64,000 nucleotides of DNA from Minisyncoccia bacterium (GCA_038228545.1 JBBRPE010000004.1:161-64160); one strand, 5' to 3'. Positions 28,749 through 39,509 are shown, numbered from the stretch's first letter. The notes: generated from the letters alone by a model not told the origin. Numbers and translations are program-made.

Positions 28749-30428
28749 ATGAGACAGACGGAAGCCCTCGATATTCTTAAAACTGGCGCGAACGTATTTC
28801 TAACGGGTGAGCCCGGTAGCGGAAAGACGCATACGTTGAACGCTTATGTTTCGTGGCTACGTAGTCACGGTATTGAACCATCAATCACTGCATCAACGGG
28901 TATCGCATCTACGCATGTCGGCGGCATGACCATTCATTCGTGGAGTGGCATCGGCATACTCGAGCGGCTTGCCGCTGAAGACCTCGACCGTATTGCAAGC
29001 AAAGAACATGTTGCCAAACGTATACAGAAAGCGAAGGTACTCATTATTGACGAAGTCTCCATGCTTTCGGCAGGAGCCCTTACGATGATTGACGCCGTTC
29101 TTCGCGAAGTACGTCGAGACACCCGCGCATTTGGTGGAGTACAAATAGTTTTTTGTGGAGATTTCTTCCAACTCCCGCCAATAACACGTGGCGGTACACC
29201 CGCTGAATTCGCGTTTTCATCCGCTGCGTGGCGCGCTGCGACCCCGCTCGTGTGTTATCTAACCGAGCAGCATCGTCAGGAAGATGACAAGTACCTCTCG
29301 CTTCTCGGAGCTATACGCGACGGTTCGTTCGATCACACGCACGCGTCGACCATTCTCTCGCGCGAGAGTGACGGCATGGAGCTCGATAACGACACACCAC
29401 GACTTTTCACACATAACGCAGATGTGGATCGTATAAATGCGGACTACCTCGCCAAGCTTCCTGGTACGGCACACACCTTTAAGATGCAGGACACCGGCGC
29501 GCCCGTACTTATTGAAGCGTTAAAGCGTGGCTGTCTGTCGCCTGCAGTACTAACGCTCAAAGAAGGTGCGGTAGTTATGTGTACGAAAAATAATCCTGCG
29601 GGCCAGTATGTGAATGGCACACTCGGCAAAGTCATCGGCTTTGTGCGGGGCTCGGGTGAGCCGATTATCGAAACGCACGACGGACGTGAACTCACCATTA
29701 TGAGTGCTGACTGGGCAGTGGAAGAAAATGGAAAGATTCGCGCGAAGGTGTCACAGCTCCCGCTACGTCTTGCGTGGGCTATCACGGTGCATAAGAGCCA
29801 GGGTATGAGCATGGACGCCGCGGCAATCGATCTTTCACGCACGTTTGAATACGGTCAAGGGTATGTAGCGCTCTCACGCGTCCGTTCGCTCGAAGGACTT
29901 ACGCTCCTTGGCTGGAGCGAACAGGCCGCTATGGTGCATCCGGAGGTGTCTCGCATGGACGAGCGACTCCGCGAAGAATCTGCCGCGGCAGAAGAAGCAT
30001 TCGATACGCTTCGCAACGACGGTGATCTTGATTTGATGCATTTGAATTTCATACGTGCGAGTGGAGGTGCACTCGTTGCTGCAGAAGCGGGGGAGCGTCC
30101 TCAGAAGCGCACTACCTACGACGAAACGCTCGCACTCATTGATGAAGGTATGCCTCTTATTGATATAGCGAAGGAGCGCAAGCTCACTATCGGTACGATT
30201 GCGGATCACGCCGAGAAACTCATTAAGACGGGTCGCCTTGAGCCAGGCGTCTTGCTCTCGCTTATACCAGCGCGCCTGATTGCGGCACTTCCCGATATTC
30301 ACGAAGTGTTCGAGACCGTTGGTACGGAGAAGTTAGCTCCTGCCTACGGCAAATTCCATGCAAAATATACCTATGACGAACTTAAACTCGCAAAAATACT
30401 CTTCATAAAGGAGGCTGGGGTAAAATAA
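28749..30428 (+). CDS. PIF1/RecD-like (AAA_30) SF1B DNA helicase
   Basis: Walker A GEPGSGKTH, VLIIDEVSM (Walker B), the FCGDFFQLPPI Pif1 signature, and C-terminal AITVHKSQGMS / GQGYVALSR motifs. Confidence 0.8.
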   Translation: MRQTEALDILKTGANVFLTGEPGSGKTHTLNAYVSWLRSHGIEPSITASTGIASTHVGGMTIHSWSGIGILERLAAEDLDRIASKEHVAKRIQKAKVLIIDEVSMLSAGALTMIDAVLREVRRDTRAFGGVQIVFCGDFFQLPPITRGGTPAEFAFSSAAWRAATPLVCYLTEQHRQEDDKYLSLLGAIRDGSFDHTHASTILSRESDGMELDNDTPRLFTHNADVDRINADYLAKLPGTAHTFKMQDTGAPVLIEALKRGCLSPAVLTLKEGAVVMCTKNNPAGQYVNGTLGKVIGFVRGSGEPIIETHDGRELTIMSADWAVEENGKIRAKVSQLPLRLAWAITVHKSQGMSMDAAAIDLSRTFEYGQGYVALSRVRSLEGLTLLGWSEQAAMVHPEVSRMDERLREESAAAEEAFDTLRNDGDLDLMHLNFIRASGGALVAAEAGERPQKRTTYDETLALIDEGMPLIDIAKERKLTIGTIADHAEKLIKTGRLEPGVLLSLIPARLIAALPDIHEVFETVGTEKLAPAYGKFHAKYTYDELKLAKILFIKEAGVK

Positions 30429-30432
30429 GTGC

Positions 30433-31437
30433 ATGAGCGACCGTAGTGAATCAGGTTCAGGTTTTGGACGTGCCGTAGTCATAGTACTCACGTCGCTTAG
30501 CCTTTTTGTAATCGTTGCTGCGCTTCTCTATGCGCAGGCATTCGGTCCAATGGGACAGGACCCTTCGAAGCAGCAGTTTCTGGTGACGCCGGGCGAGACA
30601 CTGAATCAAGTTGCCGAGGACCTCACGAAGCAAGGGTACATCCGTGGCTCATGGATATTGCAAGTTGCGTATCTACGTGCGAACGAAGGTAAGGGAATAC
30701 GTCCGGGTGGGTACGAAATAAGTAAATCCATGGACGCGTGGAGTATTGCCACGGCGCTCGTTGAACCGCCATACTTTGCCTGGATAACGATTCCCGTCGG
30801 TCTTCGCAAGGAACAAATCGGCGATATGCTTGCTGACGCACTCGGGTGGACGGACCAACAGAAAAAAGAATGGAACACGGTCGATACGAACACCGGCCCC
30901 AACTACATAGAGGGTGTGTATTATCCCGATACCTATCTCGTGCCGACTGACCAGCCACCGGCTATTATCGCTCAGCGTCTGCGTGACCGCTTCAAGGAAG
31001 CGTTCGCACCGTATGCTGACGAAGCGCTCAGGAAGAATGTACCGTGGCCGAAAGTGCTTACCATTGCTTCGATAATCGAACGCGAAGCAGGGAGCGTTTC
31101 TGATATGGGAATCATCTCGGGAATTATTCAGAAACGTCTTGCTGTCGGTATGCCGCTTGCTATGGACGCAACGCTTCAATATATGACCGGTCGCGAAGGT
31201 GCATGGTGGCCGCGTCCGAAGGCAGTAAGCAACTATCCCGACGATCCCTTTAATACATACACCCGCAAAGGACTCCCGCCGCACGCAATAGACAATCCGG
31301 GACCGGCGGCAATAGAGGCGGCACTTAATCCAGTTGCAACGAACTGCCTCTTTTACGTGCATGACGCGCACGGCACCATGCACTGCTCGCCGACGTATGC
31401 GGGGCAATTGGCTAATATAAATAAGTATCTGCGTTGA
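30433..31437 (+). CDS. mltG: Endolytic murein transglycosylase MltG (YceG family)
   Basis: N-terminal TM anchor and YceG-like domain with ASIIEREAG and GLPPHAIDNPG motifs. Confidence 0.8.
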   Translation: MSDRSESGSGFGRAVVIVLTSLSLFVIVAALLYAQAFGPMGQDPSKQQFLVTPGETLNQVAEDLTKQGYIRGSWILQVAYLRANEGKGIRPGGYEISKSMDAWSIATALVEPPYFAWITIPVGLRKEQIGDMLADALGWTDQQKKEWNTVDTNTGPNYIEGVYYPDTYLVPTDQPPAIIAQRLRDRFKEAFAPYADEALRKNVPWPKVLTIASIIEREAGSVSDMGIISGIIQKRLAVGMPLAMDATLQYMTGREGAWWPRPKAVSNYPDDPFNTYTRKGLPPHAIDNPGPAAIEAALNPVATNCLFYVHDAHGTMHCSPTYAGQLANINKYLR

Positions 31438-31495
31438 CGTACCTGCTAAATAAGGGTACTTTAGGACCAACGGCCAGTCGGCCACTTTTTATTTC

Positions 31496-33280
31496 ATGGA
31501 AATTCGAAACATAGCGATTATCGCGCACGTGGACCACGGCAAGACTACGCTTACTGACGCACTTATGCGCCAGACGGGTGCCGTGGCTGATGGTGTTTCC
31601 ATGGATAGCAATTCTCTCGAGCAGGAGCGCGGTATCACTATTTACTCAAAGAACACCTCTATTGAGTACAAGGGCACGAAGATTAACATCGTCGACACCC
31701 CGGGGCACGCGGACTTCGGCTCGGAAGTGGAGCGTGTGCTTCGTTCTATCGACTCCGTGCTTCTCGTCGTCGATGCTCAGGAAGGCCCAATGCCACAGAC
31801 ACGCTTTGTGCTTAAGAAGTCACTTGAGCTCGGCATCAAGCCAATCGTCGTTTTGAATAAAATTGATAAGCCTGCCGCTAATCCTGCACAGGCAGAGGAG
31901 CAGGTACTTGAGCTCTTCCTTGAACTCGGTGCAAACGACGCACAGTCTGATTTCCGTACGGTATACGCCATCGGCCGCGAAGGTGTTGCGATGAAGAATC
32001 TCGAAGACCCGCGTGTAGACCTTACTCCGCTTCTCGATACTATCCTCGAGCTCGTACCGGCAGCAACTACTCCAGAGTCGCTCACAAAGCCCGCAAAAGC
32101 CCAGGCATTCAATCTTGCCTACGATAACTTCCTTGGCCGTCTTGCTATCTGTCGCGTGTACGAAGGTGTTATCAAGGCAGGAGAGACGCTGACGATAAAG
32201 AAGCCAGACGGTACAGCACGTACCGGAAAGATAACGAAGATTTTTACCTTCAAGGGTATCGAGCGCGTTGATGTTCCGCAGGCTGAAGCAGGAGACATTT
32301 GTATCATTGCTGGACTTCCTGATATTTACATCGGAGAAACCATTACTGCAGACGCAAACACTGAACCGCTCACCGCTATTTCAATTGATGAGCCGACTAT
32401 CACCGTGAACTTCCTTGTGAACAATTCTCCTTTTGCTGGTAAAGAAGGTAAGTACGTGACTAGTCGCCAGCTCCGCGAGTATCTCGAGAAGGAACTCGAA
32501 GTAAACGTCGGCCTTAAGGTGGACTTTGTCTCTCCAGACGCTTTTAAAGTGTCAGGACGTGGTGAGCTCCATATCGCTATTCTCCTTGAGAACATGCGTC
32601 GCGCCGGTTACGAAATGCAGGTATCTCAGCCGCAGGTCATCATTCGCGAGGAAAACGGCGTGAAGATGGAACCATTCGAAGAAGTCATTATTGATACGCC
32701 AAGCGAATTCCAGGGCTCTATTATTGAGCGCCTCGGTACGCGCGCATTCGTCATGCAGAATTTGGTACAGCATGAGAATCAGGTACGTCTCACGTTCGAG
32801 GGTCCTACTCGCGGTCTCCTTGGCTATCGCAACCAGTTTGTCGTAGATACGAAGGGCGAAGGTATCCTTTCTTCACGCGTCGTTGGCTTCAAGCCGTTCG
32901 CAGGTGAAATCAAGAAGCGCCAAGTTGGCTCGATGATTTCCATGGCGTCCGGCAAGGCACTTGGCTACGCTCTCTGGAGCATGCAGGAACGTGGTGTCCT
33001 CTACATCATTCCGGCTGTGGAAGTCTATGAGGGCATGGTGGTGGGGAATACCTCCAAGGGCGAGGAAATGATGGTGAACCCGACAAAGGGTAAGAACCAG
33101 AGCAATGTCCGTTCGTCCGGTATGGATGAAGCTATCAACCTCGTTCCTGCGTTTACCCTCACTATCGAGCGTGGTCTTGAAGTTATGGCAGAGGACGAGT
33201 ATCTCGAAATTACTCCATCATCTGTGCGTTTGCGTAAGCAGTTTCTCTCGGAAACAGACCGTTCCAAGGCACGTCGTTAG
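31496..33280 (+). CDS. typA: Translational GTPase TypA/BipA
   Basis: [27 protein letters not shown]1 motif, [13 protein letters not shown]; EF-G-like domains; 594 aa. Confidence 0.92.
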   Translation: MEIRNIAIIAHVDHGKTTLTDALMRQTGAVADGVSMDSNSLEQERGITIYSKNTSIEYKGTKINIVDTPGHADFGSEVERVLRSIDSVLLVVDAQEGPMPQTRFVLKKSLELGIKPIVVLNKIDKPAANPAQAEEQVLELFLELGANDAQSDFRTVYAIGREGVAMKNLEDPRVDLTPLLDTILELVPAATTPESLTKPAKAQAFNLAYDNFLGRLAICRVYEGVIKAGETLTIKKPDGTARTGKITKIFTFKGIERVDVPQAEAGDICIIAGLPDIYIGETITADANTEPLTAISIDEPTITVNFLVNNSPFAGKEGKYVTSRQLREYLEKELEVNVGLKVDFVSPDAFKVSGRGELHIAILLENMRRAGYEMQVSQPQVIIREENGVKMEPFEEVIIDTPSEFQGSIIERLGTRAFVMQNLVQHENQVRLTFEGPTRGLLGYRNQFVVDTKGEGILSSRVVGFKPFAGEIKKRQVGSMISMASGKALGYALWSMQERGVLYIIPAVEVYEGMVVGNTSKGEEMMVNPTKGKNQSNVRSSGMDEAINLVPAFTLTIERGLEVMAEDEYLEITPSSVRLRKQFLSETDRSKARR

Positions 33281-33338
33281 TTGACGTTTTTAGATTTGAG
33301 TGGTACTTTCCATTTGAACGTACAAACAGGAGAGAAAC

Positions 33339-33710
33339 GTGGCGTATCCAGACGTACTACGAAGCGTTGCCCAGCAATTGGGCATCAAGAACGACCCTGA
33401 GACCGGCTTCGACGAAAGCCAGCTCACAGTGAGTGAGCTCGTCTTTTACGACGCAGAAGGCACGGAAGTGCGTCGCGTGACGGCGACGCCGAAGAACAAA
33501 GGCGGTCGACTGTTTTTTCAGAAGATCGGCGAGGACCGTGATGTTCCGGACGGCAAGGACTTCTTGGTCGACTGTGATGACGAGCTTCGGGCAGATGCCG
33601 CCATGATCTTCGAGGACTACTGGAAGCCGGAAATCGATCCCGGTCCCCGGGCAATTCTCGACGCCATCCGCGATGTCACCGGCACGGTGCAGGTCATCAC
33701 CAAAAAATAG
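33339..33710 (+). CDS. Hypothetical protein, GC-rich (~59%) ORFan with GTG start
   Basis: AGGAG 8 nt upstream of GTG. Acidic 123-aa protein with no recognisable domain. Composition stands out from neighbours; a GC hairpin lies downstream at 33734..33755. Confidence 0.5.
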   Translation: MAYPDVLRSVAQQLGIKNDPETGFDESQLTVSELVFYDAEGTEVRRVTATPKNKGGRLFFQKIGEDRDVPDGKDFLVDCDDELRADAAMIFEDYWKPEIDPGPRAILDAIRDVTGTVQVITKK

Positions 33711-33822
33711 GCTCTCGGGCCTATTTGGAGAGAGGCGCGGCGGAAACGCCGCGCCTTCATCATTTCTTTACACGGAAAAGTGTAGAACTAGTGAGTTCAC
33801 TTACTCAGTAACTCGCATCGTC

Positions 33823-33975
33823 ATGCTTATCACTATTGCCGTTATCCTACTCATTCTTTGGGGTCTCGGACTGGTCACTGCCTACACTATCGGAGGATTC
33901 ATACATTTGCTGCTTATCGTGGCTATAATCCTCGTTCTCATTCGCCTTATTCAGGGTAGGAATCCAATTGCGTAA
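33823..33975 (+). CDS. lmo0937-family small membrane protein
   Basis: MLITIAVILLILWGLGLVTAYTIGGFIHLLLIVAIILVLIRLIQGRNPIA fits the ~50-aa lmo0937 family pattern (LWxLG...GGxIHLLL). Confidence 0.6.
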   Translation: MLITIAVILLILWGLGLVTAYTIGGFIHLLLIVAIILVLIRLIQGRNPIA

Positions 33976-34139
33976 TCCACAGGTGCCGGGATGTGTTCTG
34001 TAATACTCTTATCTTCCGGAGTGAAATAAATCCGCAACGGTAGGCGTAGTAGTAAAAGGGAACGGAGATATTCGTTGCCGGCAGTGTGCAGCATAGGTCT
34101 CAGCGAGCGGGACCCATGCTGCACACTGCTTTGTGCGTA

Positions 34140-34168
34140 CTTGCGCCAGAGGTGCACGTGTGCTATAG
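34140..34168 (+). promoter_or_regulatory. Sigma70-like promoter for the DEAD-box helicase gene (-35 TTGCGC, 17-nt spacer, extended -10 TGcTATAGT)
   Basis: Seen in sequence. It predicts a structured 5' UTR of about 130-150 nt. Confidence 0.5.
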
Positions 34169-34299
34169 TCAGTACACAACTGAGCTCTAGTTTTCCGTCT
34201 TGAGGTTTCGCTTAGAAACGGCTCGAGACCAAGCAGACACTTCTGCTTCGCAAAATCTCGAGAACCGTTGCATTAATTCGATCTGACTCACGCATATGC

Positions 34300-35769
34300 G
34301 TGATGTCGGACAAGACAACAACTATATACATGGCACCATTCAACAATAAGGGAGGTGGCCGTCCATCTGGCGGTCGTTCCCGAGGCCCAAGCGGTTCACG
34401 CGGGGGTTCCTCAAACGCATTCGAAGCCGGCGTTAAATTCGCTGAGTCACTCGGAAGCGCACCATCACTTAATTACGTACCTCGTCGCGAAGCGCCACGT
34501 GGTCGTCCACACCGCTCAAGCGGTGGACGCATCAGTCCTCCTCGTGGAGGCTTTTCAGGCGGCTCACCTCGTGGAGGTAGCGGAAGCTACGGCGGTTCAC
34601 GCAGTGGCGGCTCTTCTCGCTCTTCCGGAGGAGGTGGCAAGCGCAACATGCAGGAAATGGCCGTCAACCTTTCCCAGCTCGTGAACAAGGCAGTTGCTGT
34701 ACAGGACGAAGAGGTATACGTACCTCAGAACTCCTTTGCCAGCCTTGCTATTGATGAACGCCTCAAGGCGAACATCCTTGGAAAGGGATACATCAATCCG
34801 ACTCCTATTCAGGACCAGTCGATTCTTCATGTGCTTAACGGCGAAGACATCGTTGGACTTGCAAACACCGGTACCGGAAAGACTGCAGCCTTCCTCATTC
34901 CACTTATCGATAAAGTACTCAAGTTCCGTGCACTCGGAAAGAACGAGCGTGTACTCATCATGGTACCGACCCGTGAGCTTGCACTTCAAATCGAAGCTGA
35001 ATTCTTCGGCTTTGCAAAGGGACTGAATCTTAATTCAGTCACTATTGTCGGCGGTGCAAACATCGTTCCGCAGATTCGCGTGCTTCGTCGCAACCCTGCT
35101 TTCGTCATCGGTACACCGGGACGTTTGAAGGACCTCATGGACCGCAAGGAGCTCGTGCTTACGGACTTTGCTACCGTCGTACTCGACGAGGCAGACCGCA
35201 TGCTCGACATGGGATTCATCAATGATATGAAGCTCATCATGTCCTTCATGCGTAAGGAGCGCCACACGCTCTTCTTCTCCGCTACGATGGACCGCGAAAT
35301 CGAGAAGCTTATCGGGGACTTCCTCAACAAGCCAGCTCGCGTTTCGGTCAAGACTCGTGATACTGCGGCGACTATCGACCAAGACGTTGTTCGTGTTACG
35401 CGCGACAACAAGTTCGATACACTCGTTGATCTGCTTAGTCAGCCGGGCATGGACAAGGTACTCGTCTTCGGACGCACCAAGCACGGCGTTGAGCGCATCA
35501 CGACCGACCTTAATCGTCGTGGCATCAAGGCTGACTCCATTCATGGAGACAAGACCCATGGCAAGCGCCAGAAGGCACTTCTGCTCTTCAAGCAGGCTCA
35601 TGTTCAGGTGCTTGTAGCGACTGACGTTGCTGCTCGCGGCCTCGATATCACAGGCGTCTCGCACGTCATCAACTATGACCTCCCGGCGACGTACGAGGAT
35701 TACACGCACCGTATTGGTCGTACTGGACGTGCAGGTGCTACTGGTAAGGCTCTTACGTTTATCTCGTAA
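34300..35769 (+). CDS. DEAD-box ATP-dependent RNA helicase with ~110-aa Arg/Gly/Ser-rich N-terminal extension
   Basis: Q-motif region, GTGKTA (motif I), VLDEADRMLDMGF (DEAD), SAT, HRIGRTGRAG (motif VI). The N-terminus is an RGG/SGG low-complexity repeat region. The start may be GTG 34300, ATG 34303 or ATG 34330. Confidence 0.85.
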   Translation: MMSDKTTTIYMAPFNNKGGGRPSGGRSRGPSGSRGGSSNAFEAGVKFAESLGSAPSLNYVPRREAPRGRPHRSSGGRISPPRGGFSGGSPRGGSGSYGGSRSGGSSRSSGGGGKRNMQEMAVNLSQLVNKAVAVQDEEVYVPQNSFASLAIDERLKANILGKGYINPTPIQDQSILHVLNGEDIVGLANTGTGKTAAFLIPLIDKVLKFRALGKNERVLIMVPTRELALQIEAEFFGFAKGLNLNSVTIVGGANIVPQIRVLRRNPAFVIGTPGRLKDLMDRKELVLTDFATVVLDEADRMLDMGFINDMKLIMSFMRKERHTLFFSATMDREIEKLIGDFLNKPARVSVKTRDTAATIDQDVVRVTRDNKFDTLVDLLSQPGMDKVLVFGRTKHGVERITTDLNRRGIKADSIHGDKTHGKRQKALLLFKQAHVQVLVATDVAARGLDITGVSHVINYDLPATYEDYTHRIGRTGRAGATGKALTFIS

Positions 35770-35855
35770 GCCATCTGCCGAGCAAAAACCCTTCATGCAT
35801 AGCATGAAGGGTTTTTTGCTATACTTATAGGGAAGTTATTCGCTAGCTGCTCCTC

Positions 35856-36611
35856 ATGGAATTCATCGGAATCATCATACTTATTGTCGTCGTGCTTCTT
35901 TCACTATCACTTCGTGTAGTGAAAGAATATGACCGTGGCGTCATCTTCTTCCTCGGAAAGTGCACGGGCGTGCGCGGTCCGGGTCTCATCATCCTTGTTC
36001 CGATATTTGAGATGATGACCAAGGTTACACTCCGCACCATTACGATGAATATACCTTCGCAGAAAATTATAACGAAGGACAACGTCTCTATCGATATCGC
36101 TGCCGTTGCGTACTATCACATTGTTGACCCGCAGAAGTCGGTGGTTGCCATCGAGAATGTGCATGACGCAGTCAATCAGATAAGCCAGACAACCGTGCGT
36201 AACGTCGTGGGTCAGTTCATGCTCGACCAGCTGCTGTCACAGACGTCCGACATCAATGCACAGATACAGGGCGTTATCGATACGCACACCGAGCCGTGGG
36301 GCGCGCAGGTTACTGCTGTTGAAATCAAGGACATCACCCTCCCGGACAACATGCAGCGCGCCATGGCGAAAGAGGCAGAAGCGGAGCGCGAGCGTCGCGC
36401 AAAAATCGTCGCGGCAGAGGGTGAATTCCAGGCAGCCGTAAAGCTTGGAGAAGCAGCAGATATCATCTCGCAACACCCGGTCGCTCTCCAGCTCCGTACG
36501 TTGCAGACTATGGCGGAAATAAGCGTTGAAAAGAATTCAACCATTATTTTCCCGGCTCAATTCATGACCACCGTCCAGGAGGCCATGAAAATGATTAAGG
36601 GAGACGCGTAG
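35856..36611 (+). CDS. SPFH/band-7 (stomatin/prohibitin-like) domain protein
   Basis: N-terminal TM helix, band-7 core ([15 protein letters not shown]...[18 protein letters not shown]), and a C-terminal coiled-coil with [17 protein letters not shown]. Confidence 0.8.
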   Translation: MEFIGIIILIVVVLLSLSLRVVKEYDRGVIFFLGKCTGVRGPGLIILVPIFEMMTKVTLRTITMNIPSQKIITKDNVSIDIAAVAYYHIVDPQKSVVAIENVHDAVNQISQTTVRNVVGQFMLDQLLSQTSDINAQIQGVIDTHTEPWGAQVTAVEIKDITLPDNMQRAMAKEAEAERERRAKIVAAEGEFQAAVKLGEAADIISQHPVALQLRTLQTMAEISVEKNSTIIFPAQFMTTVQEAMKMIKGDA

Positions 36612-36694
36612 ATAACCTGGGTGTTTAGACTATCTGGCCCCACCGCCCCCTTGGGGGTATGCTTACTGGATTGAAAAATAAGGGCACCTAATCA

Positions 36695-37408
36695 TTGACT
36701 ATGGAAACTGACAAGAGCACGTTCATGGAGAAGTACCTCACACCGATTGCGGTTGTGCTTGGTGCAGCTATCATCGCTGGCGCATTTGTCTTCGGACACG
36801 GCGCAGCTACAACTGCTAAGCCGACGGCGCAGCAGCAGGCGGTAAAAGTCGACATCAAAGATGTGAAGACCGACGGCGATCCATTTATTGGAAACGCAAA
36901 CGCACCAGTGACAATGGCATTCTGGTTCGACTACCAGTGCCCATTCTGTAAGCAGTTTGAAGAAACGGTAACTCCTGAGCTCTTCACTAAGTACGTGCAG
37001 ACCGGCAAGCTTAAGATTATTCTTAAGGACTTCCAGTTCCTCGGTAAGGATTCCACAACGGACGCTGAGTTCGCACGCGCAATGTGGGAGGCATATCCTG
37101 ACAAGTACTATGATTGGTACAAAGCCATGTTTGTCGCTCAGGACCAGGAAGGGGATCAGGGCTTCGGAAATCTCGCTTCGGTACAGGCACTCACTGCAAA
37201 GATTCCAGGTGTAGATGTTGCGAAGGTTACGGCTCTTATGACTAAGAACAAGGCACAGTACGATGCCGCTATCGGCGCTGACCGTGACGAGGCCCAAAAG
37301 TTTGGTATCAACGGCACACCAAGTCTCATCGTTGGGACGAGCATGTTGTCGGGTGCTCAGCCGGTTGCTTCTGTTGAAGCTCTCATTGACTCTCAACTCA
37401 AGAAATAG
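36695..37408 (+). CDS. DsbA-family thiol:disulfide oxidoreductase, membrane-anchored
   Basis: N-terminal TM anchor and FWFDYQCPFCKQF CxxC active site in a thioredoxin fold. Confidence 0.8.
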   Translation: MTMETDKSTFMEKYLTPIAVVLGAAIIAGAFVFGHGAATTAKPTAQQQAVKVDIKDVKTDGDPFIGNANAPVTMAFWFDYQCPFCKQFEETVTPELFTKYVQTGKLKIILKDFQFLGKDSTTDAEFARAMWEAYPDKYYDWYKAMFVAQDQEGDQGFGNLASVQALTAKIPGVDVAKVTALMTKNKAQYDAAIGADRDEAQKFGINGTPSLIVGTSMLSGAQPVASVEALIDSQLKK

Positions 37409-37525
37409 AGGCTCGCTTGAGGAATTGTTCGAAAGGTACACTGTATTTTTCTGCTGAAAAATCAGTTCACTCTCGCGCCGTCGCGCTCCGAGAGCCCTTT
37501 CTCACAACACCTCTGCGTTCGCTTT

Positions 37526-37555
37526 CGAAAAACGACCCTTATGGGTCGTTTTTCG
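37526..37555 (+). terminator. Rho-independent terminator
   Basis: cgaaaaacgaccc ttat gggtcgtttttcg, GC stem with a U-run. Confidence 0.6.
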
Positions 37556-37648
37556 ATTATGAACCTTCGGCTCTGCGCAAAACTACTCTGTCTTCGGAAT
37601 AGCGAATCTACTGCCTCTACTCGTTCCGCTGTCTGAAGGAAATTCGAA

Positions 37649-38488
37649 TTGCGTGCTTATGTACTCGTTTCATACGGGCGCTATACTAACGTCATGATTA
37701 CACTCGCTGTTGCTGCTATCGGGCTGTTCGTCTATATGTCGTTCGCGTTTGCTCTTGCTGTGTATATGAAAGACAATGGGGTCGCTGACATCGCCTACGG
37801 ATGTGCGTTCATCCTGCTTTCCTGGGTGACGTACACGGGAGAATCACATCCGCTTGCTGGGCTTATTGCAACAATACTCGCGACGGTGTGGGGACTTCGC
37901 CTTGCAACACGCATCTACTTTAAGAATCGGTACAAGCCGGAAGACTTTCGGTACAAGAAGTGGCGTGAAGAATGGGGAAAATCGTTTCTGGTACGCAGCT
38001 ACTTCCAAGTGTTTATGCTCCAGGGCATCATTATTTTCATCATTGCGCTGCCAGTGATGCTTCTAAACGTGTACACACTGCCAGTGGCGCTTACGTGGGT
38101 GTCGCTTCTCGGCGTTCTTGTGTGGCTCAAAGGTTTTTTCTTCGAAGCGGTTGGCGACTATCAGCTCGATCGTTTTCTTAAGGACTCAGCCAACAAAGGA
38201 CATATTATGCAAAAAGGTCTATGGCACTTCACGCGCCACCCGAATTATTTTGGAGAGTCACTCATGTGGTGGGGAATCGGCCTTCTTGCGTACGGCGAGC
38301 TCGCGCTTGTATGGGGGTACACGGTGGCGCTTGTCGCATTCGTGAGTCCCGTACTCATTACGTTCCTCCTGCTCAGGGTTTCCGGTGTGCCGCTTCTAGA
38401 AGAGCATTTCAGTGGCCCCGAATGGGAAGCATATAAAGCACGTACCAGCGTATTCATACCGTGGTTCCCAAAGCGGAAGCAAGCCTGA
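37649..38488 (+). CDS. DUF1295 family membrane protein (steroid 5-alpha-reductase/ICMT-like methyltransferase fold)
   Basis: GLWHFTRHPNYFGESLMWWG motif and multi-TM architecture. Confidence 0.7.
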   Translation: MRAYVLVSYGRYTNVMITLAVAAIGLFVYMSFAFALAVYMKDNGVADIAYGCAFILLSWVTYTGESHPLAGLIATILATVWGLRLATRIYFKNRYKPEDFRYKKWREEWGKSFLVRSYFQVFMLQGIIIFIIALPVMLLNVYTLPVALTWVSLLGVLVWLKGFFFEAVGDYQLDRFLKDSANKGHIMQKGLWHFTRHPNYFGESLMWWGIGLLAYGELALVWGYTVALVAFVSPVLITFLLLRVSGVPLLEEHFSGPEWEAYKARTSVFIPWFPKRKQA

Positions 38489-38502
38489 TACACTTTAGAC
38501 AT

Positions 38503-39000
38503 ATGGAAAACGGATACAGCTCGTGGAAGTCATCGCTCAGCTGGAGCGATGGGATTCCACATTATTACGGCGATTACGTGCGTACATTCTTTATCGCGAT
38601 GGCCATTCTTTCGTTCGTGGCGATACCGCTCGTGGGGGACCTGCTACCGCTTGGAATTATTCCAGAAGTGAGCGCGGCACTTCTCTTAGTACTGCTCGCA
38701 GCACTCACCAGTGCGCGTAATTTGCCTGTTATGCTTATTAACGCGACTGTTTCCGGAGTTTCCGTAGTGCTACTTGAGTCATTTGCCATACTGCTCCAGC
38801 ACTCGCAGTCAACACAGCTATTTCTTGCACGTGAGGCCGGCGTACTTCTTATGCTCGGCGCGCTCTATTTCAGCGTAAAGACCGTTCGAGCCATGATGGC
38901 AGGAAAAATAGGGCATGCTGATAGCTCACTTGAATTCGACGAAGTCGAAAACGTGATGGTCTCCGACGAACACACTGACATTATCGACATGGTCGAATAA
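38503..39000 (+). CDS. Hypothetical membrane protein (3-4 TM helices)
   Basis: Hydrophobic segments FFIAMAILSFVAIPLVGDLLPLGII, SAALLLVLLAALTSA, VSGVSVVLLESFAILL. No domain recognised. Confidence 0.4.
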   Translation: MENGYSSWKSSLSWSDGIPHYYGDYVRTFFIAMAILSFVAIPLVGDLLPLGIIPEVSAALLLVLLAALTSARNLPVMLINATVSGVSVVLLESFAILLQHSQSTQLFLAREAGVLLMLGALYFSVKTVRAMMAGKIGHADSSLEFDEVENVMVSDEHTDIIDMVE

Positions 39001-39509
39001 TGACTCGCGTCGTTCACAGCCACGACCTGCTTCAAGAGGAATATTCCTATACGTGCACGGAGCCGGTGGGTAAGAATTTTGCGCAGGACTTTAAACCGGA
39101 GCTATCACCGAAAGAAATGCTCGAGCTAGGCGTCTTTGGTGGTGAGTATTTTGAAGGAGAAATAGATGAGTATCCCAAAGAGTGGTTTGTTCGTGCAAAG
39201 ATTTCAACACGTGGGAAACGTGACGCGACACTGAACTATTTTGGCGTGAATGCATCGCAATCGCGCGAGGAGTGGGAGCGTAAAGGGTGGATGCATCCAG
39301 ACGACCCGCGTGGGTGGTTCCAGTGGTACTGCCGGTATTACCTGGGCAGACGCAATCTCGTTGAAGACGCGCGCCAAATAGACCGATGGAAAAAAATTGT
39401 TCGACACTTGGCGCAAATCAAATACAACTGCAGGCCGGACGGTATGACCTGTAGGCCACGCCAGAAACAAGCAGTGCTTCATTGGGCGTACAACTCAACA
39501 AAGTTATAA
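39000..39509 (+). CDS. Hypothetical soluble protein, Trp/Tyr-rich conserved-looking core (GWFQWYCRYYLGRR)
   Basis: 169-aa ORF with globular composition. Not assignable from memory. Confidence 0.45.
   Translation: MTRVVHSHDLLQEEYSYTCTEPVGKNFAQDFKPELSPKEMLELGVFGGEYFEGEIDEYPKEWFVRAKISTRGKRDATLNYFGVNASQSREEWERKGWMHPDDPRGWFQWYCRYYLGRRNLVEDARQIDRWKKIVRHLAQIKYNCRPDGMTCRPRQKQAVLHWAYNSTKL

Noticed and set aside
34355-34684. Alternative-frame ORF 34355..34684 inside the DEAD-box helicase N-terminal region
   Set aside because: It is an out-of-frame reading of the GC-rich RGG/SGG repeat-coding DNA. The helicase frame continues into canonical motifs.
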